DNA from: Eledone cirrhosa | Lineage: Eukaryota | DNA: 64,000 nt | Direction of reading: 5' to 3' | Assembly (NCBI GenBank): GCA_964016885.1 | Contig: OZ024743.1 | Coordinates: forward strand, 87,234,001-87,298,000 | Part shown: in pieces, positions 38,967 through 51,930 of the stretch | How the letters are laid out: each line of letters starts with the position of its first letter | How positions within the stretch are numbered: position 1 is the stretch's first letter | Program-made: the position numbers and the translations under genes | Notes under the pieces: model-generated | Seen by the model: the letters and a program-made list of their open reading frames with translations, nothing else | Told to the model about the DNA's origin: nothing | Database searches by the model: none

Positions 38967-39960
38967 CAGAGTTACTCAGTTCTTTGAGGATACATCTTTT
39001 CATAGCTCTCTAACTTGTTCTTATTATCATTTCTTTTCAGATAAATTATGACAGACATCAATCTAACTCAGCAAATGAAAGGCATGCTGCAATCATTGCC
39101 TTAAAGGCAGAACATAGTGATTTAGAGATTGCTTGCTTACTGCAAGTTGCCCAATCATTTGTTGTTAAAGTTTGCAATGAGCTGGAAGCTGCTGATGGTG
39201 ATTCTACAGCAGTAGCCAAATGTAAAATGCCTGCTAAGAGTCCTAATACTATCAGAACACACACATTTTTATGAAAGGTACAGAAAATTATCAATAAGAA
39301 TACCAGAAAGTCAATTAGCACCATTGCTAAGGAGCTCAATGTGTCAAGGCACACTATTGGAAGAATTATGCATGAGGATCTTCTAAGTACGTCATATATG
39401 ATGTGAAGAAGGCAATTTGTGTCTGCAAAGACGAAAGATAACTGTCTAATCTGCACAAAGTGCTTGTTGAGCAAGTTGAAACACCAAGGGCCTGGAATAC
39501 TTTGTCTTTTCTCTGATGAGAAAAACTTTGATCAGGACCAAAAGGCCAACCGAAAGAATGACAGATAGTTATTCAGAGACCCTAAAGATATTCTAACAGT
39601 CATGCATACAAAGTTTCCAGCAACTGTGATAGTTGTGGCAGTCATGAGCAACAAGGGAGATGAAATGCATCCTCATTTCTTTCCTCATGACATAAGGGTC
39701 AATGCTGCTGACTATAAGGAGGTGTTGGAGAGGATTGTGAGGTCATGGATAGAGAGCGTGAGCAAAGGAAGATCATGCACCATATATCTACCAACAAGAC
39801 TGTGTCATCTTATAAAGCTAACATGACCCAAAAATGGATGAGTTACAATCTCCATGATCATGTCACCCCAAACATAGCCTCCTTGCCTTCCAGACCTGAA
39901 TCTGTTGGACTACTACGTATGGGGCATAGTTGAGAGGGAAGATAATCAATAGATCTTTTA
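38965..39960 (+). mobile_element. decayed Tc1/mariner (maT-like) transposase pseudogene
   Basis: FSDEKNFDQDQK, TKFPATVIVVAVMSNKGDEMHPHFF, paralleling the element at 4156-5047; many stops and frameshifts. Confidence 0.8.
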
Positions 39961-41157
39961 TCACAATGTTAAGGGTCATAATCAGTGACTAGGTTGAAGT
40001 AATTGGCCTGCTCAGTACCCGAGGAAGGAGAGGAGAAGGTTGCATTCAAGGAGGATCTCATTGAATGTTTGGTGGTATATACAAAGAATAGTTTATTATG
40101 TTAAATAATAATGGTTTCTGATTTAGGCACAAGGCCAGCAATTTGGGGGGAGGGGAAAAGTCGATTAAATTGACCCCAATGCATGACTGGTACTTTATTT
40201 CAGCAAAGCTAACCTCGGCGATATTTGAACTCAGAACATAAAGAGCTCTAACTTTATGCCGCAAAGCAGGGTGTCCGATGCTCTACCAATTTTGCCAATA
40301 ATGAAGCAATTACAGTTGAGGCTTACTGCCAACAATGGTATTTGTCATCATCATCCTCTTCATGCCTGTTTTTCCATGTTTGCATGGGTTAGACAGCTCT
40401 TTTCCAACACAGTCTCCCTCTACACATTGCATTCTTTTGTCATCTCTTTGTGACGTTCAGCATTTTAGCATCTGCTCTCACCACCTTTGCTCTGGTTTTC
40501 TTTGGCCTTCTACTGCAGCTCCATCCACTGCGAGCACTTGACACTTCTTCACCCACTGATCATTCTCCACGTGCATCACATGACCCTACCAGTGCAGTCT
40601 TCTTGCTTGCACATTACATTTTATTCCTCTTATACTGTTTCTCTTTCAGCTCATAATTCCCAATATATTTTCCATATATATATTTGCTATTGATAAATTT
40701 ATTCCATCTGACAATAGGTTATAAAATTATTTAGGTTTTGAGGTGAAATACAAGCCTAACTCATTTTTGATCTCCTCTCTTGGTGTTAGTCTAAGTCCAT
40801 CAAAATGATTTAGTAAATTCCTAAAGAAATGATAATCAGAAGGAAGAAGGCTATGAGAATAGAATGGGTGAAAGTATTTTGTTACATGTGAAGTACAAAG
40901 ATGGACAGACACAGGCTTATCACCAGGGAGCAGCACTGGATGACACTGAAAACTACCACTTTTCAATGGCACATTGTTAGGTTTAGAAAATAGAGTTTAT
41001 AAATAAACATCTTGTAAGAGTGTCCACCTAGGATGTTCTGAAGTCTCACCCATTCACTATTCTGGAGCAAAGACTAGTGACGGGCCTAAATGAACAAAAT
41101 TATGAAAATGACATCATCATCATCTTTATTATTATTGTTATTATTATCATTGTTTAA

Positions 41158-41378
41158 CCCTTTATCATTTACATTACTCTCTATTTACTATTGTATTTTC
41201 ATGATAAACACCTTATTTCACATAATTATCTCACATAATATCGAATCTATGAGATTTTGATATTATTTATTTTGAGAACAAGACCTTAACATAAGTATGA
41301 GCAGCCGGTTACAGCTAGTTTGAACAGAAAGAGGTGAGAGAATTCTGACCGGATACAGCCAGTTTAAATGCTAAAGGG
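41158..41378. mobile_element. piggyBac-like MITE
   Basis: TTAA|cccttta.cattt ... aaatgctaaaggg|TTAA. Confidence 0.7.
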
Positions 41379-42332
41379 TTAATGCCTGCTTTCCCAGCTA
41401 GCAAGTGTTATACATGTCATTACAACCAGTCAGTTGTCAAGCAGAACCTTTGCATTCCAGGTGAGTGGAGGTTTGTCAAACGATCATGTGCTCTGCTGAG
41501 TACATTTTATCATAGCCCAAACAGTTGGGAAGTTGTCATGTCTTTGGCATAACTGACAATTCTTCCCAACCCTTTCTTTTGGCAGGATTTCTATGGCTGG
41601 ATACCATTCCTGTCATCTCTTTTCTATTTGCTATATTGAGACATGGTCACCTGACCTAGCATTGCCCACAACATGACAATTCGTCTAACCCATGCTAGCA
41701 TGGAAAAATGGACATAAAACGGTGATGATGATGAACATTTTTGTCTTCAAACATTGATATAGTAATTAAACTCTTCACCATCTTCTTTGCCCACTTATTC
41801 TTGAGAGAGTCGTGTGAGCTGAGTCCACAAACACTCCCTCCAGCAGGTCTTGTTAGAAGCAATCATCTCCAACAAATCCAGATTGATCCCCAAGCGAGAC
41901 CAGCAAGAGCATGGATGTTATTGAACCAACTTGCTTGGGGGCCTCCTGCCGGTTAGTTTTGGCTGTAAATTCTGTCCAGCAATTCTTGAACAAGGCTGTG
42001 AGAATATGATGGGTGAAAATATTTGAAGAAAAAGTATTTGTGACTAAACCCTCAAAACAAAATGTTAAATTCATATCATACAAAAAAAAATTAGCTGTCT
42101 GTCTGTCCGTTCATCACATTCACTTTATATAATGAGAGGGAGCACCAAACGAGAGATATGGGAATGCTATCACCTTCATCTATATAGGGAAATGGGGAGT
42201 GCCCAGTGAAAGAGATGTACATAGATAAAAAGAGAAAAGGAACATCATTTGTTGAGAGAGTGTGTGTGTGTGTGTGACAGAAAGATGGAGAAGATATTGC
42301 CTTCATCTAGTAATAATAATATATATTCTTAC

Positions 42333-42423
42333 CTCACAAGTACACTGAGAGCGCCAAGAGGAGTGACAAGTGTTGCAGGTGCAAAAGCATAAGCTGCAAA
42401 GTTTGCTATTTCACCTAGGGACA
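42333..42423 (-). CDS. NIPA2: NIPA2-like, coding exon 3 (91 nt)
   Basis: tttcag|...|gtaaga; [30 protein letters not shown], the NIPA signature. Confidence 0.97.
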
Positions 42424-42857
42424 CTGAAATAAGAGAACAAGCTCGAGATGACTATATCTACCTGGGTAAATGTCACACCTCCATTTTACATATAACATTT
42501 CCAATATATTTTCAATTGAGGTTTTAAGTACAACAGATAAGATACCTATTTTACACACAAGATTAAACATTTATTACATATTTTCAATAGAAGATTTGTA
42601 GGTCACATATTAATTTTTCATGTGATATATTTTGAAGGTCAAAATGCAGGTTATATATATATTAACTATAAATTTAAATAGCAGATAACTTTCTTTGACA
42701 AATCTTATACCAGCAATAAAAAAAATATATTTTACATTAACAAAACAAAGAAGAAAAAAAATAACAAAAAAACTTGCCAACTGTATAAAATGGAGTTTGG
42801 AAATTCTACTTCCAATCACACCCTCCTATTTTATTCCTTTCTTTTTTTTTTACTTCT

Positions 42858-43495
42858 CACATACTATATGATCTAGGACTGGTCTATAACTTAATTTGGA
42901 CATACTATATGATTTAGGACTGGTCTATAACTTAACTGGGACATACTATATGATCTAGGACTGGTGAGACATACTAAATAATCTAGAACTGGTCTATAAC
43001 TTAACTGGGACATACTATATGATCTAGGACTGGTCTATAACTTATCTAGGACATACTATATGATCTAGGACTGGTCTATAACTTAACTGGGACATACTAT
43101 ATGATCTAGGACTGGTCTATAACTTAACTGGGACATACTAAATGATCTAGGACTGGTCTATAACTTAACTGGGACATACTAAATGATCTAGGACTGGTCT
43201 ATAACTTAACTGGGACATACTATATGATCTAGGACTGGTCTATAACTTAACTGAGACATACAATATGATCTAGGACTGGTCTATAACTTAACTGGGACAT
43301 ACTAAATGATCTAGGACTGGTCTATAACTTAACTAGGACATACTATATGATCTAGGACTGGTCTATAACTTAACTGGGACATACTATATGATCTAGGACT
43401 GGTCTATAACTTAACTGGGACATACTATATGATCTAGGACTGGTCTATAAATTAACTGGGTCATACTAAATGATCTAGGACTGGTCTATAACTAA
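42858..43495. repeat. 41-bp minisatellite (gacatactatatgatctaggactggtctataacttaactgg), ~15 copies
   Basis: 41-nt periodicity visible. Confidence 0.95.
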
Positions 43496-43960
43496 TATAC
43501 ACATATATATACATATATATATATACTTATATATGTACATATACATATATATACATACATATATATGTACATATACATATATATACATATATATATACAC
43601 ATATATACATATATATATACACATATATACATATATATATACACATATATACATATATATATATATACACATGTACATATATATACATGTACATATATAT
43701 ATACATATATATACATGTACATATATATATACATATATATACATGTACATATATATACATGTACATACATATATATATACATATACATATATATACATAT
43801 ATATATACATATACATATATATACATATATATATACATATATACATATATATATACATATATACATATATATATATATACATATATATACATGTACATAT
43901 ATATATATATATATATACACATATATATACATATATATATATACACATATATATACATGT

Positions 43961-44410
43961 ACACTGGACCGAGACCTTTGGCGGTACTTAGTAACAGAGA
44001 AGACCCGCCTTACCTAAATACATAGTAAAACCTACTACAGCCAGTAGGCATCTCTAACAAAATACACCCCGTCCCACCACCCCCACCCCATCCACACCAC
44101 CCCCTTCTATGTAAAGTTATGTCGGTGCCACGCCATCCAGGCCGAAACAAATGAGATCGTGTAGGTGTCACGACAAAAAAACACACAGTCCACGCTGTAA
44201 TGTGGCCGTGTAGGCAACACGGTAAAAACCTCCCAGACCCACACTGTAAATGTGGTTGGTGTTATGAAGGGCATCCAACTGTAGAAAACCTGCCAGACAG
44301 TCCTATACGAGCAAGACAACCACTCTTGCCTCAAGTGGGAATACCCCTGTCCAAACCCATGCAAGCGTGGAACACGGACGTTAAACGTTGATGATGATGA
44401 TGATGATGAT
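43961..44410 (+). mobile_element. short RTE 3' end, tail-to-tail with the element at 44527
   Basis: [17 protein letters not shown] followed by 3'UTR and (GAT)n. Confidence 0.9.
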
Positions 44411-44455
44411 ATATATATATACATATATATGTATATATATATATGTACATGTATA

Positions 44456-44501
<46 letters not shown>

Positions 44502-44526
44502 CATATATATATATAAATATATACAT

Positions 44527-47500
44527 ATCATCATCATCATCATCATCATCAGGTTTAGCGTCCTTGTTCCACGCTTGCATGGGTTTGGACGGGGGTTTTC
44601 CCACTTGAGGCAAGAGTGGTTGTCTTGCTCGCATAGGACTGTCTGGCGGGTTTTCTACAGTTGGATGCCCTTCCTAACACCAACCACATTTACAGTGTGG
44701 GGCTGGGAGGTTCTTACCGTGTTGCCTACACGGCCACATTACAGCGTGGACTGTCTGGCGGGTTTTCTACAGCTGGATGCCCTTCCTAACACCAACCACA
44801 TTTACAGTGTGGGGCTGGGAGGTTTTTACCGTGTTGCCTACACGGCCACATTTACGTGGACTGTGTGTTTTTTGTCGTGACACCTACACGATCTCATTTG
44901 TTTCGGCCTGGATGTTGTGGGACCAACATAACTGTACATTGAAAGGGGCGGTGTGGATGGGGTGGAGGTGGTGGAACGGGGGGGTGTTTTGATAGAGATG
45001 CCTACTGACTGTAGTAGGTTTTTACTTTGTATTTAGGTAAGGCGGGTCTTTTCTATTACTGAGTACCGCCAAAGGTCTCGGTCCAGTGACATTGTCTTGG
45101 AGAGGTGTAAGCGTGTGAGGTCGGAATTTATCAGCTCGTCCCATGTTTTTCTGGGTCTGCCTACTCCGTGGCTACCGTCTATCTTTATTGCCCTGCACTT
45201 TGTTATACAGCTGTCGTCTTTCATGCGCATCACGTGACCGTACCAACGTAGCCTTCTCTCGAGTAAACAACATCTGATCCCTCTTATTTCTAATTTTTTC
45301 CTTAGTTCGTTTATGCTTTGCCGTTCACGTATATTACTATTGCACATCCAGCGGAGCATGCAAGCTTCGTTCCTCTCTAGTCTGCGTATATCCTCTGCAC
45401 ACAATGCCCAGGTCTCACTGCCATGCAGCATTGCTGTTCGTATGCAGGCATCGTATAACCTGCCTTTCATTTTTAGGGAGAACCCTCTAGCGGCTAATAG
45501 TGGTATAAGCTCTCTGAACTTTTTCCATCCAGTTCTGACTCTAGCTACTGTACTTTCAGAGCACCCTCCCCCACTGCTGATTTTGTCACCCAGGTAACGG
45601 AAGCTGTCCACTATTTCTATAGAACCCTCTGCGCAGTTGAAGGAGCTAGTATTTTGTGGGCACTTGCTGCTACTTATTGCACCAGAGCACCGGCCACATG
45701 TAAAATCTATGTTCTTAGTTAGCTTACCTGTGATCCCACTACATCTTTTATGCACCCATACTTTGCATTTGGGACATAAAATGGAGTTTCTACCTACGCC
45801 TTTCCTACACACTGAGCATGGCCATTTCCCAGATGGGACTGCCGCCATATTTTCTTTCCTACAAACTAGAACTTTAGTCTTAGCCAGGTTAATTTTAAGG
45901 CCTTTTGATTCTAGGCCGTGCTTCCATGTTTGGAATTTCTTCTCTAGTTCGGTCATTGATTCAGCTATGAGCGTTAGATCATCTGCGTATAGGAGTTCCC
46001 ATGGGCAGCCGGTCTTGAACTCCTCTGTTATAGCCTGAAGGGCAATAATAAATAGTAGGGGGCTAAAAACAGAGCCCTTATGGACACCAACTTTTACACT
46101 AAACTCTTCACTATATTCGTTGTTAATTCTAACCTTACTGACTGTTTCTTTATACATGGCTTGTATAGCTCTCACAAGCCATTCGTCAACACCTAGTTTT
46201 CTAAGAGACCACCAGATAATGGAACGGGGGACTCTGTCGAAGGCTTTCTCCAAGTCGACAAAAGCTAAGTAGAGGGGTTTACCTTTAGCTAGGTACTTCT
46301 CCTGTAGTTGTCGTACAATGAAAAGAGCGTCTGTGGTACTTTTGCCTGACACAAATCCGAACTGCATTTCATCTAGATCAATTCTCTCTCTGATTAGTTG
46401 CGCTATTACTTTTTCCGTGACCTTCATGACCTGGTCGATTAATTTAATGCCTCTATAGTTACTCCTATCTAGGGCATCTCCTTTTCCCTTATAGCAGTTA
46501 ACGATGATGCTGCTACGCCAGTCCTTCGGAACAACCCCATTCTGTACGACTTGGTTAACTATCCGGGTGACCATGGTGTGTCCCACCGAACCAGATGCCT
46601 TCAGCATCTCAGCAACTATTTCCGAAGGACCAGCCGCCTTACCCGTCTTCATATCTTTGATTGCCTTGCTTATTGTACTACCCTGGACTAACACTGCTGG
46701 TCCCTCTATTGGGTCGATGTGGGGGAGACTGTCTTTCTCCCATTTGTTCTCATTTAGAAGCCTTTCGTAGTGACACTTCCAAGCTACCTTCTTATCAGCG
46801 TCGGTGATGGCAAGTATGCCATCATCGTTAAGCACACACTTCTCCCTGACAATATCACGGTTTTCCTTGACACATTGCCTGGCAATCCTGAACACCTCAC
46901 GTTTTTGGTCCTCACGTTGTAGAACATGCTTGAACTTTCTTTCCTCTGCTTCCCTTCTTGCTAAGTACACTTGTCTCCTAGCTTCCCTCCTGGCCACCTG
47001 ATAGTCTTCTCTACTTCCCCCATCCCGCCATGCTTTCCAAGCCTGCTTTTTGGCCTTAATTGACTCCTCCACCTTACTGTTCCACCACCATGTTACTCTC
47101 CTCCTACCTACAGGCCTGCTCCAGCCACAGACTTCGTCTGCCGCCGTCAGCAGGTTTGCTCTCAGGAATTCCCACTGTTCCTCTATATTATACGACTCTA
47201 ATTGCTCTTCCTTACTGTCGAAAGCGTCAAGTAATATGCTTTGAAATTTATTTCTGGCTATGGGGTCCTTTAGCTTCCATATTTTTCTCCTGAGGATAGT
47301 CCTCTTCCGCTGTCTAGTACGTCTCGTCCTGACTATGAGGTCGCTAATTATCAGTCTATGTTGGGAGGTGAATTCTTCATGGGGGAGGGATTTAGTGTTA
47401 ACAACAGACACTCTGTCACGTCTTCTGGTAAGGATATAATCTACCTGGCTTGTGTGTTCCCCCGATCTATAGGTGATCAAGTGATTGTCTCGTTTTTTGA

Positions 47501-48029
47501 AGTTAGTGTTACAGATAGTTAAGTTATTTGCGTCGCAGAATTCCAGGATTCTGGAGCCTTCCTCATTTCTAGTACCGAACCCATAGCCTCCATGGATTCC
47601 GTCATAGCCGTCACAATGCTGTCCAACGTGACCATTTAGGTCGCCTGCAATAACTATATAGTCACTGTCGGTTATTTGGGAGGTAGCGAGCATCAGTGTC
47701 TCATAGAATCTGTCTTTTATAGCACCGGGCAGTCCGGATTGTGGTGCGTACGCAGATATTACTGTCACCGTAGTTTTATTGAGGACAAGTCTTATTTTAA
47801 TTATTCTGTCATTCACTCTATTTACGTCTATTATCTTATCTGCCCACTTTTTTGCTACCATGATTCCTACCCCACCCAACCCATTGTCATTTCCCACCCA
47901 GAAAAGCTTATAGCATCATTCTTTACCCACGATGAATCTAGCCGACCCTCCCCTCCACCTGGTCTCTTGAATACAACAAACATCGACCTCCTTACGTTCA
48001 AGCATTTCTACAACCTCGTTAGAGCGACC
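44527..48029 (-). mobile_element. near-full-length RTE LINE with (GAT)n tail
   Basis: 954-aa open frame plus complete 3'UTR; 5' end truncated and frameshifted near 47920. Confidence 0.97.
45033..47897 (-). CDS. RTE ORF: APE endonuclease, reverse transcriptase, inserted PHD finger
   Basis: uninterrupted 954 aa; YADD; CSVC..CPKC..HKRC..CGRC; true start lost. Confidence 0.85.
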   Translation of the reverse strand: MGNDNGLGGVGIMVAKKWADKIIDVNRVNDRIIKIRLVLNKTTVTVISAYAPQSGLPGAIKDRFYETLMLATSQITDSDYIVIAGDLNGHVGQHCDGYDGIHGGYGFGTRNEEGSRILEFCDANNLTICNTNFKKRDNHLITYRSGEHTSQVDYILTRRRDRVSVVNTKSLPHEEFTSQHRLIISDLIVRTRRTRQRKRTILRRKIWKLKDPIARNKFQSILLDAFDSKEEQLESYNIEEQWEFLRANLLTAADEVCGWSRPVGRRRVTWWWNSKVEESIKAKKQAWKAWRDGGSREDYQVARREARRQVYLARREAEERKFKHVLQREDQKREVFRIARQCVKENRDIVREKCVLNDDGILAITDADKKVAWKCHYERLLNENKWEKDSLPHIDPIEGPAVLVQGSTISKAIKDMKTGKAAGPSEIVAEMLKASGSVGHTMVTRIVNQVVQNGVVPKDWRSSIIVNCYKGKGDALDRSNYRGIKLIDQVMKVTEKVIAQLIRERIDLDEMQFGFVSGKSTTDALFIVRQLQEKYLAKGKPLYLAFVDLEKAFDRVPRSIIWWSLRKLGVDEWLVRAIQAMYKETVSKVRINNEYSEEFSVKVGVHKGSVFSPLLFIIALQAITEEFKTGCPWELLYADDLTLIAESMTELEKKFQTWKHGLESKGLKINLAKTKVLVCRKENMAAVPSGKWPCSVCRKGVGRNSILCPKCKVWVHKRCSGITGKLTKNIDFTCGRCSGAISSSKCPQNTSSFNCAEGSIEIVDSFRYLGDKISSGGGCSESTVARVRTGWKKFRELIPLLAARGFSLKMKGRLYDACIRTAMLHGSETWALCAEDIRRLERNEACMLRWMCNSNIRERQSINELRKKLEIRGIRCCLLERRLRWYGHVMRMKDDSCITKCRAIKIDGSHGVGRPRKTWDELINSDLTRLHLSKTMSLDRDLWRYSVIEKTRLT

Positions 48030-48443
48030 CATATATATATATATATACATATATATGTATATATATCATCATCATCTTCGTTTAACGTCCCCTTTCCACG
48101 CTAGTATGGGTTAGACGGGAGTTGTCCCACTTGAGGCAAGGTTTGGTCGGGTGACCGTGTCTCGCTCATATAGGACTATCTGGCAGGTTTTCTATGGCTG
48201 GATGCCCTTCCTAACACCTACCACATTTACAGTGTGGAACTGGGTTTTTACCATGTTACCTACACGGCCACATTACAGCGTGGACTGTGTGTTTTTTTCT
48301 CGTGACACCTACACGATCTCGATCTCATTTATCTACATATATATGTATATGTCTATACATATATATATATATATCTGCATACATACATATATATATATAC
48401 ATATATATATATACATGTACACACATACATAAATACACACACA

Positions 48444-51128
48444 CATCATCATCATCATCATCATCATCACCGTTTTACGTCCGTTCTTCCACGCTAGCAT
48501 GGGTTACACGGGTTGTCCTGTTGTGGGCAGTGTCTGGTCGGCTGGCCATGCCTTGCTCATACAGGAACTTATTTGGCTTGATTTCTACAGCTGTATGCCC
48601 TTCCTAACACCAACCTCATTTACAGTGAGTGCTGGGTGCTTTTTCGTGGCGCCTACACGTCCACTTTACAGTGTGGGCTGGGTGCTTTTTTGCCGTGGCG
48701 GGAGGGTGTGGGGGGCATATTGTCTATATGCTTCAGCTTGTACCCATGGGAGGTCGGGTACTCTGTATTACTGCGTGACGCCAGAGGTGTAATTGGGTAA
48801 GGTCGGCTTTTATCACCTCATCCCAGGTCATCTTGGGTCTTCCCACTCCGCGGTTTCCATCGACTTCTAGTCCTCTGCACCTTTTTATGCAGCTGTCATG
48901 CTTCATACGCATCACATGTCCATACCAACGCAACCGCCTCTCATGCACACAGCATTTGATTACTCTTATGCTCAGTCTCTCTCTCTCAATTCATTTATTC
49001 TTTGTCGTTCGCGTATATTACTATTACACATCCATCGGAGCATGCAGGCTTCGTTTCTCTCTAATCTACGTAAGTCTTCCACCTTCAGCGCCCAGGTCTC
49101 ACTACCATGTAACATTGCTGTTCGGATACACGCATCATACAGTCTGCCTTTCATTGTGAAGGAGAAGCCTTAAGTAGCTAGCAGTGGCAGTAGTTCCCTG
49201 AACTTCTTCCATCCCGTTCTTACCCTAGTTATTGTACTTTCTGAACACCCACCTCCGCTGCTAATTCGGTCACCTAGGTAGCAGAAGCTGTCTACTGTCT
49301 CTACAGAGCCCTCCCAGAGATTGGTGGTACTTGTTTTCTGTGGCTCATTGCTAATCCTAACTTTGCTGACTGCTCCCCTGTACATGGCTTGTACAGCTTT
49401 CACAAGCCATTCAGCTACTCCTAGTTTTCTAAGAGCCCACCAGATTACAGCACATGGAACTCTGTCAAAGGCGTTCTCAAGATCCACGAATGCCAGGTAG
49501 AGTGGCTTACTTTTAGCTAGGTACTTTTCCTGTAACTGCCTAACAAGGAAGAGGGCATCAGTGGTGCCTCTTCCTGGAACAAACCCAAATTGCATCTCAT
49601 CTAGTATCACCCGGTCCCTAATCAACTGTGCTATAACTCTTTCTGTTACTTTCATGACCTGGTCTATCAGCTTTATACCTCTATAGTTTCCTCTATCTAG
49701 TGCATCACCTTTACCTTTGTAGCAGTTGACAATGATGCTACTGCACCAATCTTTTGGTATGACACCTAGTATTACCTGGTTAACAATACGTGTGGTTATA
49801 GTGTGACCTACAGACCCAGATGCCTTCAGCATCTCGGCAGCTATACCCGATGGACCGGTTGCCTTCCCCATCTTCATATCTTTGATTGCCTTACTTACTA
49901 CGCTACTGCTGACCCCTCTATAGGGTCTACTTGGGGTAGGGTCTCGTCTTCCCATGCATTCTCCTCCTTTAGTAATCTATCATAATGACTCTTCCATGCA
50001 TCTTTCTTCTCAGCACTTGTGAGGGCAAGCTCACCTTTATCATTCCGGATACACTTCTCTCCAATGACATCACAATTCTCTCTGACACACTGTCTCGCAA
50101 TCTTGAACACCTCCTGTTTCTGGCAAAACATGCTTGAATTTTCTATCCTCTGCTTCCCTCCTAGCTAAGTATACTTGTCGCCTAGCTTCCCTCTTGGTCT
50201 CTATGTAATGTACCCTGCTCCCCCCGTTCTTCCATTCTTTCCATGCCGGTCTCTTGGCCTTAACTGCCTCATCTACCTTATTGTTCCACCACCAAGTCAC
50301 TCTCCTCCTGCTTGAGGTCTTACTCCAGCCACAGATCTCATCCGTCGCCTCTAGTAAGTTATTTTTTAGGAACTCCCAGTGCTCTTCTACATTGAATGTC
50401 TCTATCTGTTCTTCTCTACTGTCGTAGGCGTTGAGTAAAATATCTTTAAATCTGTTACTGGCTGAGGGGTCTTTCAGCTTCCAGATCTTTCTTCTCCAGG
50501 TTGGCCTCTGTTTCCAGGTTCGTCTAGTTCTGACCGTGAGGTCGCTGACAACTAAGCTATGTTGGGAGGTACATTCCTCACTAGGGAAGCCTTTTGTGTT
50601 TACGACCGTCCATCTGTCACGTCCTCTGATGAGGATGAAATCTATCTGACTCGAATGCTCCCCTGATCTATAGGTGATCAGGTGGTTGTTGGGTTTTTTG
50701 AAGTTTGTGTTACATATCGACAGGTCATTGGCGTCGCAGAATTCTAGAAGTCTGAATCCTTCTTCATTTCTTGTGCCAACCCCATGGCCTCCATGGACTC
50801 TATTGAAGCCGTCACAATGTTTACCTACGTGTCCGTTAAAATCTCCTGCGATGATTAGGAAGTCATTGTCGTTTGTTAGAGCAGTAGTGTGCATTAGGGA
50901 CTCGTAAAATCTATCCTTAAGTTCGTCTGGCAACCCCGATTGGGGTGCGTAAGCTGATATTATTGTAGTAATTGTTTTATTCAGGACTAGTCTGAGTTTA
51001 ATGATTCTTGCATTTACCCTGTACACTGAGATTACTTTATCTACCCACTTGTCAGCTAGTAGTATAGCTACACCACCCATCCCATCGTCATTTCCCACCC
51101 AGAAAGATTTGTAGCACTGACTTTTTCC
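48444..51128 (-). mobile_element. RTE LINE of a second subfamily with internal deletions
   Basis: ORFs 50070..51257 and 49170..49955; YADD and PHD region deleted. Confidence 0.93.
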
Positions 51129-51131
51129 TAC

Positions 51132-51166
<35 letters not shown>

Positions 51167-51271
51167 TATATATACATATATACATATACATATATATATA
51201 TATATACATATATATGTATATATATACATATACATATCCATATATATACATATACATACATATATATACAT

Positions 51272-51317
<46 letters not shown>

Positions 51318-51649
51318 ATATATATATGTATGCTAGCGTGGAAGATAGACGTTAAACGATGATGATGATGATCACACGTGCTTTTCGTCATTTACAGATT
51401 TGCATTTAGTGTGTGAACACAGACAGTTAAATCTTTGCCAATGATCTGGGATTTGACGATTGTGATTTACTGATCAATGGTGAAATACATTTCTTTATTT
51501 AATGAAATATATACAAAGGAGATTAATCATTATTGCAAGGTATCTATATTTGAAGTTCTCGTTAAATTTTAATTTATCTATGTAACTATGTGTGTTTACA
51601 CTCTTTACAAATTATCCCTTGTGATTGTTTGATGTGTTTATTTTAGACA

Positions 51650-51930
51650 TTTTTTCACGCTCAGAGTTGCTGAAGCATGGAACAAACTGCCTGCGTCAGT
51701 TGTTAGCTGCCGAGACACTGCATCCTTTAAGACACTCATGCTTTCCGAAATACGCCAAAACTACACCTGATGTACCCTTTCCATACACATGCACACGTGT
51801 GTATCATGACTCATGCACTGTTCATTTTCCTGACGTTTGTACATTACCCTATGTACTATACATACACTTTTTGATTAGTTGTAGTGCACCTGAGCACTGT
51901 ACACAATATTTCATTATTATTATTATTATA
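51650..51930 (+). mobile_element. CR1-clade LINE 3' end with (ATT)n tail
   Basis: RVAEAWNKLPASVVSC..SFK; shared 3'UTR. Confidence 0.7.

Noticed and set aside
42858-43495. CRISPR-like regular array
   Set aside because: Head-to-tail 41-bp units with no unique spacers, no cas genes, eukaryotic intron
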